From IMG/VR virus record IMGVR_UViG_3300036800_000175, positions 32,001-96,000 of that record: a stretch of 64,000 nucleotides of DNA. One strand, 5' to 3'. Position 1 is the stretch's first letter; each line of letters opens with the position of its first letter. The stretch is from a virus. The notes under the pieces were generated by a model. The model did not search any database. It saw only the letters and a program-made list of their open reading frames with translations, and was not told the origin of the DNA. This document shows, piece after piece, positions 26,644 to 36,312 of this stretch. The translations under genes were made by a program, and so were the position numbers.

Positions 26644-27084
26644 ATGAGAACCGACCCGGCGCTCGCCCCGGCCGTCACCGCTGACCCGCCCCTCGCGGCG
26701 CGGCGGGACGCGTCCTGGTGGAACAGCCCGGGTACCGCGTACGTCTACCACGTCGCCACGACGGACATGGCAGCGTGCTGTTTCCGGGATCAGCCGCTGG
26801 CCGAGTTCACCAGCCAGGACGCCGCCAAAGTTCCCGCCGCCCAGCGCTGCCGCCGGCGAGGCTGCGCCACCCGGTGGCCGGCGGACCCGGGTCCGCTCAA
26901 GACGTTCCCGATCCAGATCGCCGTGTTCTGCGACGTGTGCGGCACCGAGGTTGTGCATGACTACGTGGTCCACGATCTTATGACCCGTGACCAGAGGCTC
27001 GGTGTGGCTCGCACGCACCTGACCCGCAATGAAGGCTGGTCATGCACTCTGGCCGGTGACCTTTGCCCGGGGTGCGCAACATGA
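26644..27084 (+). CDS. Cys-rich hypothetical protein
   Basis: RCRRRGC, FCDVCG, DLCPGC. Confidence 0.55.
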   Translation: MRTDPALAPAVTADPPLAARRDASWWNSPGTAYVYHVATTDMAACCFRDQPLAEFTSQDAAKVPAAQRCRRRGCATRWPADPGPLKTFPIQIAVFCDVCGTEVVHDYVVHDLMTRDQRLGVARTHLTRNEGWSCTLAGDLCPGCAT

Positions 27085-27110
27085 GCAGGTCAGCGGTGGT
27101 GGGGGAGTGG

Positions 27111-27374
27111 TCAGTCGGCAGGAGCCAGGTCGCGGGCCGGGCGGATGAACACCGCGAGATAGGCGCCGTCGTCGTCGGACAGGAAGTCATCGAACTCGCC
27201 GGCCTTGGCGCCGTCGATGAATGCGGCCAGTTCAGCGCGGGTGTATCGCAGCTGCGGGCCGTCCGGGTCGCGGCTGTTGCGCATCGCGATGTTCCCGTCA
27301 GGCAGTTCGGCCACCTCAACGCAGTTGCCGTTGTGGGCGCTCCAGCTGGACTTGCGCCAGGAAAGATCATCCAC
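27111..27374 (-). CDS. DUF397 (BldB-like) protein
   Basis: WRKSSWS..GNCVEVA..RNSRDP.GP.L.Y...E..AF..G.K.GEFD. Confidence 0.9.
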   Translation of the reverse strand: MDDLSWRKSSWSAHNGNCVEVAELPDGNIAMRNSRDPDGPQLRYTRAELAAFIDGAKAGEFDDFLSDDDGAYLAVFIRPARDLAPAD

Positions 27375-27594
27375 GGGTTGGTGTCTCCGTCCGTACGCCC
27401 GGCGGGTGGCCACCCCGGAGTCCCCAGTGTCCCGTTCAGCCGCCTGCGGGGTGGCCCCCCAGGGTGCCGTAGCGGGATCAACCTACCGGCTCTGCGGGGC
27501 GGGTTGCAGGCGGTTGGCTGCATGTACGGGAAGGTACCTTACGCGCTACGCCCGGCGGGGGACAACCCCTCCCGGACCAGGGCAAAAACCGCTA

Positions 27595-27622
27595 GCTTTA
27601 CATAATCAACGTTATCGGCGTA
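27595..27622 (-). other. dif: XerC/XerD dif-like recombination site
   Basis: Minus strand TACGCCGATAA-CGTTGA-TTATGTAAAGC: 11-6-11 layout with GCCGATAA and TTATGT arms as in actinobacterial dif; AT-rich intergenic. Confidence 0.85.
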
Positions 27623-27752
27623 AGACAAAGGGGGGCAAACCGGGCACGTCTCGTCTCACCGAACATGTCGTTTGCCAGCCATCATGTCGCTGTCAGCGCC
27701 GTCCCATAGGCTCGCAGGCACCACGTTTGGCCTACGTTTCGGAGACCCCCCC

Positions 27753-28148
27753 ATGGCCACCCTGATGCTCCCCCTCGAGGTACACGAGCACACCGTCAAA
27801 TGCGGCACCTGCGGCGGTACCGGCGTCACCGGCGACCGCTACGACATGGAAGCGGGCGAGCACACCCTCACGCTCGAGGTGATCTGCCCGCAGTGCGGCG
27901 GGTGCGGCAACGGCGACCCCGGCCACCGTGACTGCATCGCGGACTGGCACGCCTACCCCGAAGACGTCCTCGGCATCGACGGACTGGAACCCCTGATGGA
28001 CGTCGATGAGATGCCCTGCCCGTCGTGCCAGTCCGGCCGCGGCTGGTACCCGGTGCAGGGTTTCACCGGCGAGGGTGACGACGCGGAAATACACATCCTG
28101 CGGACGCTGTGCGGATGCTCCACGGACCGCCTGGTGCCCGCTGAGTGA
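27753..28148 (+). CDS. DnaJ-type CxxCxGxG zinc-finger protein
   Basis: CGTCGGTG, CPQCGGCG, CPSC. Confidence 0.6.
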   Translation: MATLMLPLEVHEHTVKCGTCGGTGVTGDRYDMEAGEHTLTLEVICPQCGGCGNGDPGHRDCIADWHAYPEDVLGIDGLEPLMDVDEMPCPSCQSGRGWYPVQGFTGEGDDAEIHILRTLCGCSTDRLVPAE

Positions 28149-28405
28149 ACCTGGCCCTCCCCCGCGCCGACCCGGCCACCGCGGCCAAAGGCAGCACCAG
28201 GCGGCCGCGTGTGCGGCCCGCGCTGGTCACGGTCGCCCTGGACGACGGCACCTGGGCTGAGGGTGAGGTGATCGCCGTCGCGAAGGACCTGGCCAGCCGC
28301 CGTTGGCGGCTCCTGATCCGCTGGTATGACCCCGGCCCGCCCAGGTCGATGCGGGACGACTGGGTCATGCACGACCCGCCGCTGATCCGCGACCTGGCCG
28401 TGTAG
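28145..28405 (+). CDS. Hypothetical protein
   Basis: GTGA coupling. Confidence 0.45.
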   Translation: MNLALPRADPATAAKGSTRRPRVRPALVTVALDDGTWAEGEVIAVAKDLASRRWRLLIRWYDPGPPRSMRDDWVMHDPPLIRDLAV

Positions 28406-28613
28406 CGGATCACTACACGCTTACTTCCGCAGGTCAGCGAGTCGTCGAATAGGTCGGCTACCGATCTATCCCGGGTGGCGCGCGTCGTCAGCGCGTTTGC
28501 CTGTGGCAGCCGCGGCGTTGTGCGCCGCCATGACGTCGTCCCACGCGACATCCTCCCCGCGCATGAACGCATCCCACAGATGGTCAGCGATGAGCCATGC
28601 CGCGGCTTCCTCG

Positions 28614-28874
28614 CTAGCCTCCGGAGACATTCCCGCCCGCCTGGTCACGGGCCGGCTGGACGTCGACGCCGTGGGCGGCGAACTCATCCAGGATGTCCCG
28701 CTCAGTGTCGCCGTAATGGATGACGATCATGACTTCCGGGCAACCCAGCTGCGCCAGCTCCCGCGGGGAGATCGCGACCGGCTGCCCCGCGGTCAGCCGG
28801 TCGATGTTCTCCCGGGTAAGGCCGAGGATCACGATCGGCTCACCGAGCCCCGTCCGGCCCGCCAGTTTGATCAT
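28614..28874 (-). CDS. Conserved hypothetical protein
   Basis: MIKL..ILGLTRENIDRL.AGQP..YGDTE. Confidence 0.6.
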   Translation of the reverse strand: MIKLAGRTGLGEPIVILGLTRENIDRLTAGQPVAISPRELAQLGCPEVMIVIHYGDTERDILDEFAAHGVDVQPARDQAGGNVSGG

Positions 28875-29085
28875 CGCTGCAACTCCCCTGGGATAAGCCG
28901 GTAGTCCGGGCGGTGCGGCGGCAGACCCGGCCGTTGCGTCCGGTACCACCGTTCGTAGACCGCGCGCCTGCCGTCGCTGACACCAACCTCGCGGGCCGCG
29001 TCGACGGGGAGCGCACCCCCGTCGCGGAGCGCCGCATAGGCGGCCAGGCGCAGATCCCGGGCGGCGGGAGCTGGTGAGAGGCGGG

Positions 29086-29712
29086 TCACTGCGGCGCCCG
29101 GATCCGGGCACCGCAGTTCCCGCACACCCCGCCGGCTGGCAGGCCGGCCGCAGGCTTGGCCAGCAGGAACCCGCACGACGGGCACGGGAACTCATCCAGC
29201 TTGGGCCGGAACCCCGGCGGGAGGTTGTGGCGGGCCCGCAGGCCCACACCACCCCGGCCGGCGGCCATGACCCGCTGCATGTGCGCGCGGGCCGCCGGTG
29301 GCAGGCTCGCGATGTCACGCTCCCGGGCCACGCCGTGGCCACCGGCCCGGTCCGCTTCGGCCAGCAGGTGCCAGCCCTGCTCATCGGTGAGGAACCCGCC
29401 CTGAGGGACACAGCCGCGGGGGCATTTCATGCCTTCCACGGCGCCCCACACGCGGCAGATCATCGGGCGGAGCTCATAGACGGCGCATCTGTGGCCCTCG
29501 GTCAGCGCCTCACACCAGTACGTGTCGGCCTGCATCCGCGCCCGCTCGCTGGGCGTGATCTTGTAGCCGGCGTCGCGGAGCCGCTGCCGTTCCCGGTCAG
29601 CCATCTCAACCGGGCCGCAGGAAATCCAGCACGACCCGTCGCAGTCGGGGATCTCAGGGACCTGGTCATACAGGTCCTGTAGTTCGGCGTCGATCTGGCT
29701 GCGGCGGCCCAT
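29086..29712 (-). CDS. YkgJ-like cysteine-cluster protein
   Basis: CDGSC..SCGP..CEAL..CAVYELRPMICRVWG. Confidence 0.75.
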   Translation of the reverse strand: MGRRSQIDAELQDLYDQVPEIPDCDGSCWISCGPVEMADRERQRLRDAGYKITPSERARMQADTYWCEALTEGHRCAVYELRPMICRVWGAVEGMKCPRGCVPQGGFLTDEQGWHLLAEADRAGGHGVARERDIASLPPAARAHMQRVMAAGRGGVGLRARHNLPPGFRPKLDEFPCPSCGFLLAKPAAGLPAGGVCGNCGARIRAPQ

Positions 29713-29999
29713 CAGTTCGGGCCCGCGCCGAGACTGTCCCCGCTCAGGAACGTCACCGTCTTGCCGTGCGCCGCGAACAAGCCTTGCAGGTGCTGGGCCA
29801 GGTCCACGAGTGCGTCGGGGCCGTCTTCCTCGTCGTAGCCGAAGACGGCGATGCCGCTGCGGGTGCCCGCGACCAGCATGATGATGCCCCGGACGTCGTC
29901 ACCGTTCTCCGGGTGTCCGTTGATGCCGTCGACCGCGGCATCGGCCAGCCGGGTGAGCCGTTCCTGCGGCGTCTCCGTCCGCTCAACGTCGCCGGTCAT
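29712..29999 (-). CDS. Hypothetical protein
   Basis: Coupled ORF. Confidence 0.55.
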   Translation of the reverse strand: MTGDVERTETPQERLTRLADAAVDGINGHPENGDDVRGIIMLVAGTRSGIAVFGYDEEDGPDALVDLAQHLQGLFAAHGKTVTFLSGDSLGAGPN

Positions 30000-30526
30000 G
30001 CGTCGTCCCGTAGTTGCCGCAGCCGGGTGAACAGCCGTTCGGTGAGCGCCGGGTCGGCGGACGGGAACTCTTCGAGCGCCCGCACGACCAGCCGGTCCGA
30101 TTCGGTGGCCTCCGCCGCGGCGAACCACGCCCCCGCCATCTCCCTCGCCGCAGCCGGGGACACGACCCCTTCCCACTCCGCCATGGGGCCGCGGCGCAGC
30201 AGGACGACCGCCTCACCGCGTTTGGTGGATCCGGCGGGCAGCAGATCCAGAGTGGCCGGGGTGCCGAACCGGGTCCGGCCGGACGTGGCCAGCAGGTCGG
30301 TGGTGAACCCGGCGGCCGTCTGCGCGGGCAGTTTCAGCTTGACGGCGAGCTGCATCATCATTTCCGCGTAGGCGGCGCAGGTGACCAGGTCGATCGCGGT
30401 GCTGCGGATATCGGCCACCGGCGCGTGCCAGCGCTGTGTGCCCCATGTGAGCTCACATGCCGGGTCCGGGCCGCCGCGGGTGGATGTCACCCAGATCGTG
30501 CCGTCATCGTCGTTGTCGCTGGCCAA
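29996..30526 (-). CDS. Hypothetical protein
   Basis: GGAGG RBS; AAEATESD motif. Confidence 0.6.
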   Translation of the reverse strand: MASDNDDDGTIWVTSTRGGPDPACELTWGTQRWHAPVADIRSTAIDLVTCAAYAEMMMQLAVKLKLPAQTAAGFTTDLLATSGRTRFGTPATLDLLPAGSTKRGEAVVLLRRGPMAEWEGVVSPAAAREMAGAWFAAAEATESDRLVVRALEEFPSADPALTERLFTRLRQLRDDA

Positions 30527-30700
30527 CGCGTGGCCCTCCCCCCAAGGCTGGCTGAATCGCGACAGCAGGTTAGCACCATGTAACTGCGGGTACCTTGCCT
30601 TCTGCGGTCAGCCGCGTACCGTCAGGAATCAAGTAGGCACCTCCCGGACGGCTGACCGCCGCGCGCTGAGGTGCCTCCCGGGCCGTGCCAGGCGGTTTCC

Positions 30701-30991
30701 CTACAGCGCCCCGCCGGCACGGCCCGGCTCTGCGCGGGCTCCCGGTTCCGGGGACAAGGCCTCCGTCGCCTCCCCGTCGGGGAACGTCAGCCGGATGATT
30801 ACCTGCTGCGCGTCGTTCACCTCATCCGCTCCCGGCATCCGGCACACCCCCGGGCCTGTGATCTCCGCCGACCAGCATTCGCGGCGCGTCGCGGCGTCCA
30901 GCATCTGGATCCGGAGGGGGAAGTCGTCCGGACCCAGGTCGTGGAACACCATCTGCTCAGGCCGGGCCGCGTGCGGCTGCGGCTGCACCAT
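30701..30991 (-). CDS. Hypothetical protein
   Basis: ORF with GGAG upstream. Confidence 0.45.
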   Translation of the reverse strand: MVQPQPHAARPEQMVFHDLGPDDFPLRIQMLDAATRRECWSAEITGPGVCRMPGADEVNDAQQVIIRLTFPDGEATEALSPEPGARAEPGRAGGAL

Positions 30992-31391
30992 GGGTTCTCA
31001 CCCACTCCCAAACGCGGATCGCTTCCTCCCGCGCCGTCAGGCCCGGCGTCTCGTTACTGCCGCCGTAGCAGTGGCAGCGGCCCTCGAGGTGGGCCAGGGA
31101 GCCGATGACACTGCGGAGCGAGCATTCCCGGTGGGCGTGGCGGATCTCCGACCGGCCGGCCGCCAGGATGCACGGCATGGCCTGCCCGGAATCCCCCGCA
31201 GCCTGGTCGAACACCTCGCCGCAGTGCAGGCACGACTCCCCCACCGGGAACGCCTTGCGCATGTCGGTGAGCAGCTGGCCGTCTTCGCCGTAACAGATGA
31301 ACGACCACCACGGTTCCCCGAACCATCCCCAGTTTTCCCGCCGCACCTCGATCGGCAGTTCGTCGTACGGCGTGCTGATCATCATGGGCAC
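30957..31391 (-). CDS. Cys/His hypothetical protein
   Basis: CLHCGE..HRECSLRSVIGSLAH. Confidence 0.6.
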   Translation of the reverse strand: MPMMISTPYDELPIEVRRENWGWFGEPWWSFICYGEDGQLLTDMRKAFPVGESCLHCGEVFDQAAGDSGQAMPCILAAGRSEIRHAHRECSLRSVIGSLAHLEGRCHCYGGSNETPGLTAREEAIRVWEWVRTHGAAAAARGPA

Positions 31392-31560
31392 CGGACCCCT
31401 CTCCCCCGTCGGTGCTGGTCAGGCCGCACCAGCCTAGGGCAGGCACGGCGGGTACCCGCAGTAGAGTTAGGTTACGTGCCGGTATGCCTGATTCGCGGCC
31501 CCGGTCCGTGATAGCCAAGAGGGCGTAGGCCCTCAGGTTCGGACTGGTAAAGGGACCAGC

Positions 31561-32178
31561 ATGGTCAGGCTTCGTTACGCGGACATGCCCGGCGGGATCC
31601 GCGCCCGCATCAACCGCGGTCACCACCCGGGCCGGGTCACCATCGTCCTCGCCCCGGACATGACGGGGCCGCGGCGCCGGGCGATGCTCCGCCGGCTGAT
31701 CCGCAACTCCCGCATCCCCGGCTACGGCCCGCCGCTCCCCGCCGCGGGCGTGTGGGGTGCGCTCGCCTGGGATGTCGCTGCGGCGAACGTGCGTAACGCC
31801 GTGGCTGCGATGCGGCTGCACCCGGCACAGTCGCTGCTGTGCGGCGCGTTCGTCGCCGGGGTGGTGACCTGCTACATGATGTTCGCGGCGGTCAGCGTCC
31901 AGATCCGCCCTGCTGCACCCGGGCCGGGCGGCCCGCCGCTGATCCCCGTCGCCCGGCATCACCACCGCCGCCGGCCGGGCCGGCCGGCGGTGTATGTGCC
32001 GCCACCGGAACGGGTTGCCATGGCCACGAGCCCGGCAGCCACGGAGGGCCGGCAGGTGCCGTCGCCGCTGACCGCGACCGCGGCACCGCAGCCGTCCCCG
32101 CCGGTGCCCGCATCGCCGTCGCCCAGCAGCGGGGCGTGCCTGCGACTGGGCCCGGTCGGGGTGTGCGTCGGCGGTTAG
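31561..32178 (+). CDS. Hypothetical membrane protein with Pro-rich tail
   Basis: One TM, Pro/Ser linker, C-terminal CLRLGPVGVCV. Confidence 0.55.
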   Translation: MVRLRYADMPGGIRARINRGHHPGRVTIVLAPDMTGPRRRAMLRRLIRNSRIPGYGPPLPAAGVWGALAWDVAAANVRNAVAAMRLHPAQSLLCGAFVAGVVTCYMMFAAVSVQIRPAAPGPGGPPLIPVARHHHRRRPGRPAVYVPPPERVAMATSPAATEGRQVPSPLTATAAPQPSPPVPASPSPSSGACLRLGPVGVCVGG

Positions 32179-32720
32179 CCTTCGAGCGGGACCGGGCGGA
32201 CCGGGATCCCTGCCCGGCGGGCCCGGTCAGCGCAGTACGTGGTGCCGTGTGATTCGTGCGGCCTGGGCTCGCCGCAGCGCCGGTCGGCGCACGGGCCGGT
32301 GAACGCGAGACACAGCACCGCGCCGGCTTTGACCATCGCCGCGCTGCGGATGAACCCGCCCTGCCGCGGGTAGCTGTGCCAGTCCGCCGGGTGCCGCTCC
32401 GGCTCAGGCCAGTCCAACTCAAAGGCGGCGACGTCCGCGAGCCAGTCCCCGCCAAGCAGCCGCTTCTGCTGCTCGAGCGGGAGTTTCTCGGCGTCGTACC
32501 ATTCGATCACCTTGCGGGGGTCGTCCGGGTCGCGCGGGTCGCACTGGCCATGCACCACCTGGACGGGCCGGCCGTACTGGGCGGCGACGGCGGCGAGCTC
32601 GCCGCGGACCACCTCATAGGGGCCGAAGTAGCGGGACGCGGTCACCAGCACCCGCACCGGCCCGGCCGGGAGGCCCGGCTCAAACAGCATCCCGCTGCCG
32701 GGCATCCGCACCGGCCTCAC
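32175..32720 (-). CDS. SLOG / DUF2493-family protein
   Basis: RVLVTASR..VVHG..GGDWLAD..ERHPADW..GFIRS..MV..LAF..SHGT. Confidence 0.8.
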   Translation of the reverse strand: MRPVRMPGSGMLFEPGLPAGPVRVLVTASRYFGPYEVVRGELAAVAAQYGRPVQVVHGQCDPRDPDDPRKVIEWYDAEKLPLEQQKRLLGGDWLADVAAFELDWPEPERHPADWHSYPRQGGFIRSAAMVKAGAVLCLAFTGPCADRRCGEPRPHESHGTTYCADRARRAGIPVRPVPLEG

Positions 32721-34423
32721 CGGGCAGCCGCCAGGAAGAACACGTCCGCAGCGCTGACCTCATCGCCGGTGACGTCGGCCAGGCCGTTGCTGCGGAGGGT
32801 GGACAGGTACGACCCGAAGGTGCCGCCGGTGCGCTCAAGCCCGGCCGCTTCCGCGAGCTGGTCACGCGTCAGCGCGGCCGGGTGGGCGGCCAGCAGCGCG
32901 TCCAGCATCAGGCGCGCTCCCGCTTTCAGCGGACCGCGCCACCTCTCGCGGACCTCATCTGCGGTCATCGGCGCCCCGGGTACGCCGGGTTCCGCGCCGG
33001 CGACGGCCAGGCCCTCATGGGTGATGGACACCACCCCCGCGGTTTCGCTGATCAGCCCTCCGGTGCGCAGCGCCGAGAAGTACGACCCGAAGGTCCCGCC
33101 GGTGCGTTTCATCCCGGCCAGCGCCGCCAGCTGCGCCCGGGACACGGTCAGCGGGTACTGGCGGGCGAGCACGCCCAGCATCCGCCGCGCGCCCGCTTTC
33201 AGGCCCGGCGGCCCGTCCGCCGCTGCCGACCGGGTGTACCTGCTGTCGCTCCGCAGCGCGCCGGCCGTGGCCACCGCCGGCGCGGCCTGGACGGCGGCGG
33301 GCCGGGCCGCGCGGGACAACGCCAATTCCAGGCCCGCAGCCGCGTCCCGCAACCCGGTGATGATCTGCTCAACCGCGGCGATCTCGCCGTGCTGCACGAC
33401 GGGCACCTCAACCTCACGGGCCGGCTGGGCCCGGACCGCGTTCAGTTCGGCGGACAGCCGGGCGATCTCACGGCGCAACTCCGGGTCGCCCGCCGCTGGT
33501 GACGACGGGGCGGGCGTCTCAGCGTCGGCCTGCGTGAGCAGCCCGGCCATCCGGGCCAGGTCGGCCGGGTCGACGCGGGCGAACTCGCGGGGCATGATCC
33601 GCCGCTCCCCCACCTTCGGCGTCGCGGACGAGTCGAACGTCCGCCGCTTGCGCACCTGGATCCGGGTGAGGATCTCAAGCCACCCCGGCGACCACACCCA
33701 CGCCGCGCCGACCGGCAGTTTCGGCAGGCTCGCTTTCAGCTCACGGGCCTGGTCAGGGTCGGCGTGCGCGCTGATCCAGTCGTCTATCGCCGCGATATCC
33801 AGCTTCCCGGTCAGCCGCATCGCGAACAGCACCTCACACTGTGACCGGATGTCCGCGTTCAGCACTGCGGGCCGCTGCGTGATGCTGGTGCAGCCCAGTC
33901 CCTTGACCCGGCCGCGGCGGACCACGTCGTTGTAGGCACCGACCAGGCGGGCGATCTCCCCCCGGGTGTGCTGCGGCGCGAACATGTCGGCCTCGTCCAC
34001 GAACAGGTGCAGCGGGTCGCGGTTGTGATCGAACAGCCACTCAAACAGGTCCATGACGAACCGGCGTTGCTGCGTCTTCGACATGGCTGACAGATCGAGG
34101 ATGACGGGGATCCGCTCAGCGATGATCAGCTGGGCGACCAGCGCGCCGGACTCCGGGGTCAGGGGCAGGTCGGCGTGGTCGCCGCCCAGGATCGTGACCG
34201 GGAGGCCGGGGCCGGTCCCGTCGGCGCTTGATCGCAGGCCCCACCACACGCCCAGCGGGTCGATGATGCATACCGGCAGGCCGGCTGTGATCATCTCTTC
34301 GGCCATGACCGACGCGGCATAGGTTTTGCCGACCCCGCGCTTCGCAAAGAACAGGAAGGTCTCTGTCACCGCGTCCAGGGGGAACGCCAGCGAATCGGAG
34401 ATCCGGAGTTCGGGCGTGCTCAT
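32717..34423 (-). CDS. HerA/DUF87-like P-loop ATPase with tandem C-terminal winged helices
   Basis: AKRGVGKTY Walker A, LFVDEAD Walker B, TQRPA; two GGTFGSY.S.LR..GL repeats. Confidence 0.8.
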   Translation of the reverse strand: MSTPELRISDSLAFPLDAVTETFLFFAKRGVGKTYAASVMAEEMITAGLPVCIIDPLGVWWGLRSSADGTGPGLPVTILGGDHADLPLTPESGALVAQLIIAERIPVILDLSAMSKTQQRRFVMDLFEWLFDHNRDPLHLFVDEADMFAPQHTRGEIARLVGAYNDVVRRGRVKGLGCTSITQRPAVLNADIRSQCEVLFAMRLTGKLDIAAIDDWISAHADPDQARELKASLPKLPVGAAWVWSPGWLEILTRIQVRKRRTFDSSATPKVGERRIMPREFARVDPADLARMAGLLTQADAETPAPSSPAAGDPELRREIARLSAELNAVRAQPAREVEVPVVQHGEIAAVEQIITGLRDAAAGLELALSRAARPAAVQAAPAVATAGALRSDSRYTRSAAADGPPGLKAGARRMLGVLARQYPLTVSRAQLAALAGMKRTGGTFGSYFSALRTGGLISETAGVVSITHEGLAVAGAEPGVPGAPMTADEVRERWRGPLKAGARLMLDALLAAHPAALTRDQLAEAAGLERTGGTFGSYLSTLRSNGLADVTGDEVSAADVFFLAAAR

Positions 34424-34714
34424 GATGGATGGTCGCTCTCTGGTGTCGCCGTTACGTCGCCCAGGTCTGGCAGCGGCTCGCCTCTCGATATCCTGCGCAG
34501 GCACCGCCGCCAACTGGAATGTGACATAGAGCCCTGTTCGGCATCCCTGAGCGCCATGAGGTGCTGGGCCATCTTCCGCCGCACATCCCGTTCAATGAGG
34601 GGCAACGCGACTTCGAGCGCCATCCTGACTTTGGCCTCTTCGGCGGCTGAGATCCATGCCCCCGAAGCCTCCAATGCCCTGAGGGATGCGCGTAGGACCC
34701 CGCGCGGGAGTTTG

Positions 34715-35245
34715 TCAGCCACGGGTCACCTCCCCGCTTACCCACTCGATCACGTAGGCCAGCAGGCATTCGTGCCCGGCGTCGTCTTCGCAGCGGGGGC
34801 AGGACAGGATGCCTGTGCACTGCTGGATCTCAGCGCAGCACCCAGCGCACGCCGCCGCCCGGTTGACGTGTTCGTGGGCGCAGGCGAACGTGATGACCGC
34901 GACCGACCGCTCCCCGCAGGCAGTTATGGCCGTGTTGGGCCAGTTGTCGCGGGGGTCGGTGGCGCTCATCATGCAGGGCGTCAGCCGGGGCCCGGTCACG
35001 CGTTCCTTGCGGCCGTCGGGGTGGACGATGTACACCCGGTCCTGGATGCCTAGCGGACCCTGGCCGCCGGCGTTGGGCTGGGTCCGGTCAAGTTCCTCGA
35101 GGCGGCGGAGCGCGTCGGTGTGGGCCGCCTCATAGCTGTCGTAGGCCCGCTGGTAGTCGTAGTCGGTTGCGCCGGGATACTTCCCGAGCGGGTATTCCTC
35201 AGCGGAGAACGTGTCGTAGCCTTCCAGCCGCCAGACCTCACCCAT
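34715..35245 (-). CDS. Two-domain protein with C-terminal Cys-rich Zn-binding domain
   Basis: N-terminal GYDTF..GGQ..GIQDRVYI; C-terminal C-x11-C-x3-H-x6-CxxC. Confidence 0.6.
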   Translation of the reverse strand: MGEVWRLEGYDTFSAEEYPLGKYPGATDYDYQRAYDSYEAAHTDALRRLEELDRTQPNAGGQGPLGIQDRVYIVHPDGRKERVTGPRLTPCMMSATDPRDNWPNTAITACGERSVAVITFACAHEHVNRAAACAGCCAEIQQCTGILSCPRCEDDAGHECLLAYVIEWVSGEVTRG

Positions 35246-35470
35246 CGGTTACCTCCCCATTGGCTGCTGCTGGCGGCGTGCGGTGGATCGTGTAGCCGAG
35301 CCGTTCACCCTGATCCAGGCAGGCAGCGCATGCGCCCTTCGGATGCAGATCCCACGACTCCACATAGCCCACGGCCGGGAGGGACGGGTGAAGGTTGCAC
35401 GGCCCGCTGGCGGCTTCCCGGCGCATCCCGGTGAGCGCCCCGGTGATCCGGTGCAGATTCCGCACGCCGC

Positions 35471-35863
35471 TCACCGATCCCCCTCGGCCGTTTTTTGCGG
35501 GTCGCGGATCAGGGCGATCACCTGCGGGCGCAGGTCGTTGCGGTCCCGCCGGGTGATCCCTAGCGCATCTGGCCACGCCGGGTTGCTGAATATGTTGCCG
35601 CCCGCCCCAGGCATGACCCTGGTGGTCAGGTACACGCCCGGAACGGCCCGCAGCGCGGTCTCAAGGACGGCAAGCGCGTCCAGCGCGGCGGTGGTGTAGA
35701 ACGCATGCACTTCATAGTGGTCGGCGTCATACGCCGGGCAGCGGCGTTCACGGCGGTCGCGGGGGGTGACGCGGACAGCCGCGCTGTGGCCCGGCCAGCG
35801 GGGCAACTCGGCCTGCAAGCGGTTCCGCAGCTCAGCGGGCAGGCCCAGCCTGAACGTGGTCAT
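35471..35863 (-). CDS. Hypothetical protein
   Basis: Coupled ORF. Confidence 0.5.
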   Translation of the reverse strand: MTTFRLGLPAELRNRLQAELPRWPGHSAAVRVTPRDRRERRCPAYDADHYEVHAFYTTAALDALAVLETALRAVPGVYLTTRVMPGAGGNIFSNPAWPDALGITRRDRNDLRPQVIALIRDPQKTAEGDR

Positions 35864-36312
35864 TGAGTCCCCTGATCCCATCCGTTGGCGATGTACAGCA
35901 GCGCCCGCCCGTGGCACATGTCCACCTCATCGCCGGCGGGCAGCGGGCACCAGCAGCCCAGATCCTGCCCGGCCAGCGTCAGCCGGGCCGCCTCAACCAG
36001 TTCCGGCTGGTCATCCAGCCACAACAGGTACGCGGTGACGGCGACCAGGGGGGTGACGGGCGGCAGCAGATCATAGGCGGCGCGCTGTAGGTCGATGCTG
36101 ACCGGCGGCGTCACATGCGCGAGCGCCCGCTCAACGTAGCCGCGGAGATGGTGGTCGCGGGGAAACATGCGGCGCAGCCTGAAAGGGTTAGCGAACGGCG
36201 ACGCCAGCAGTCCCGGGGTATGGCGCCCGACATACACAGCGCCGTCGGGAAGAACCGGGTGGAACAGGTCGCCGGTGACCGTGACCCGGCGCGGCCGCTG
36301 CTGGTCAGACAC
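35860..36312 (-). CDS. DUF4326-family protein
   Basis: AVYVGR..SPFANPF..LAGQDLGCWCPL..CHGRALL. Confidence 0.85.
   Translation of the reverse strand: MSDQQRPRRVTVTGDLFHPVLPDGAVYVGRHTPGLLASPFANPFRLRRMFPRDHHLRGYVERALAHVTPPVSIDLQRAAYDLLPPVTPLVAVTAYLLWLDDQPELVEAARLTLAGQDLGCWCPLPAGDEVDMCHGRALLYIANGWDQGTQ

Noticed and set aside
32256-33935. Long + strand ORFs here and at 46870-48564 and 52522-53922
   Set aside because: Antisense shadows of motif-bearing minus-strand genes, expected in high-GC DNA
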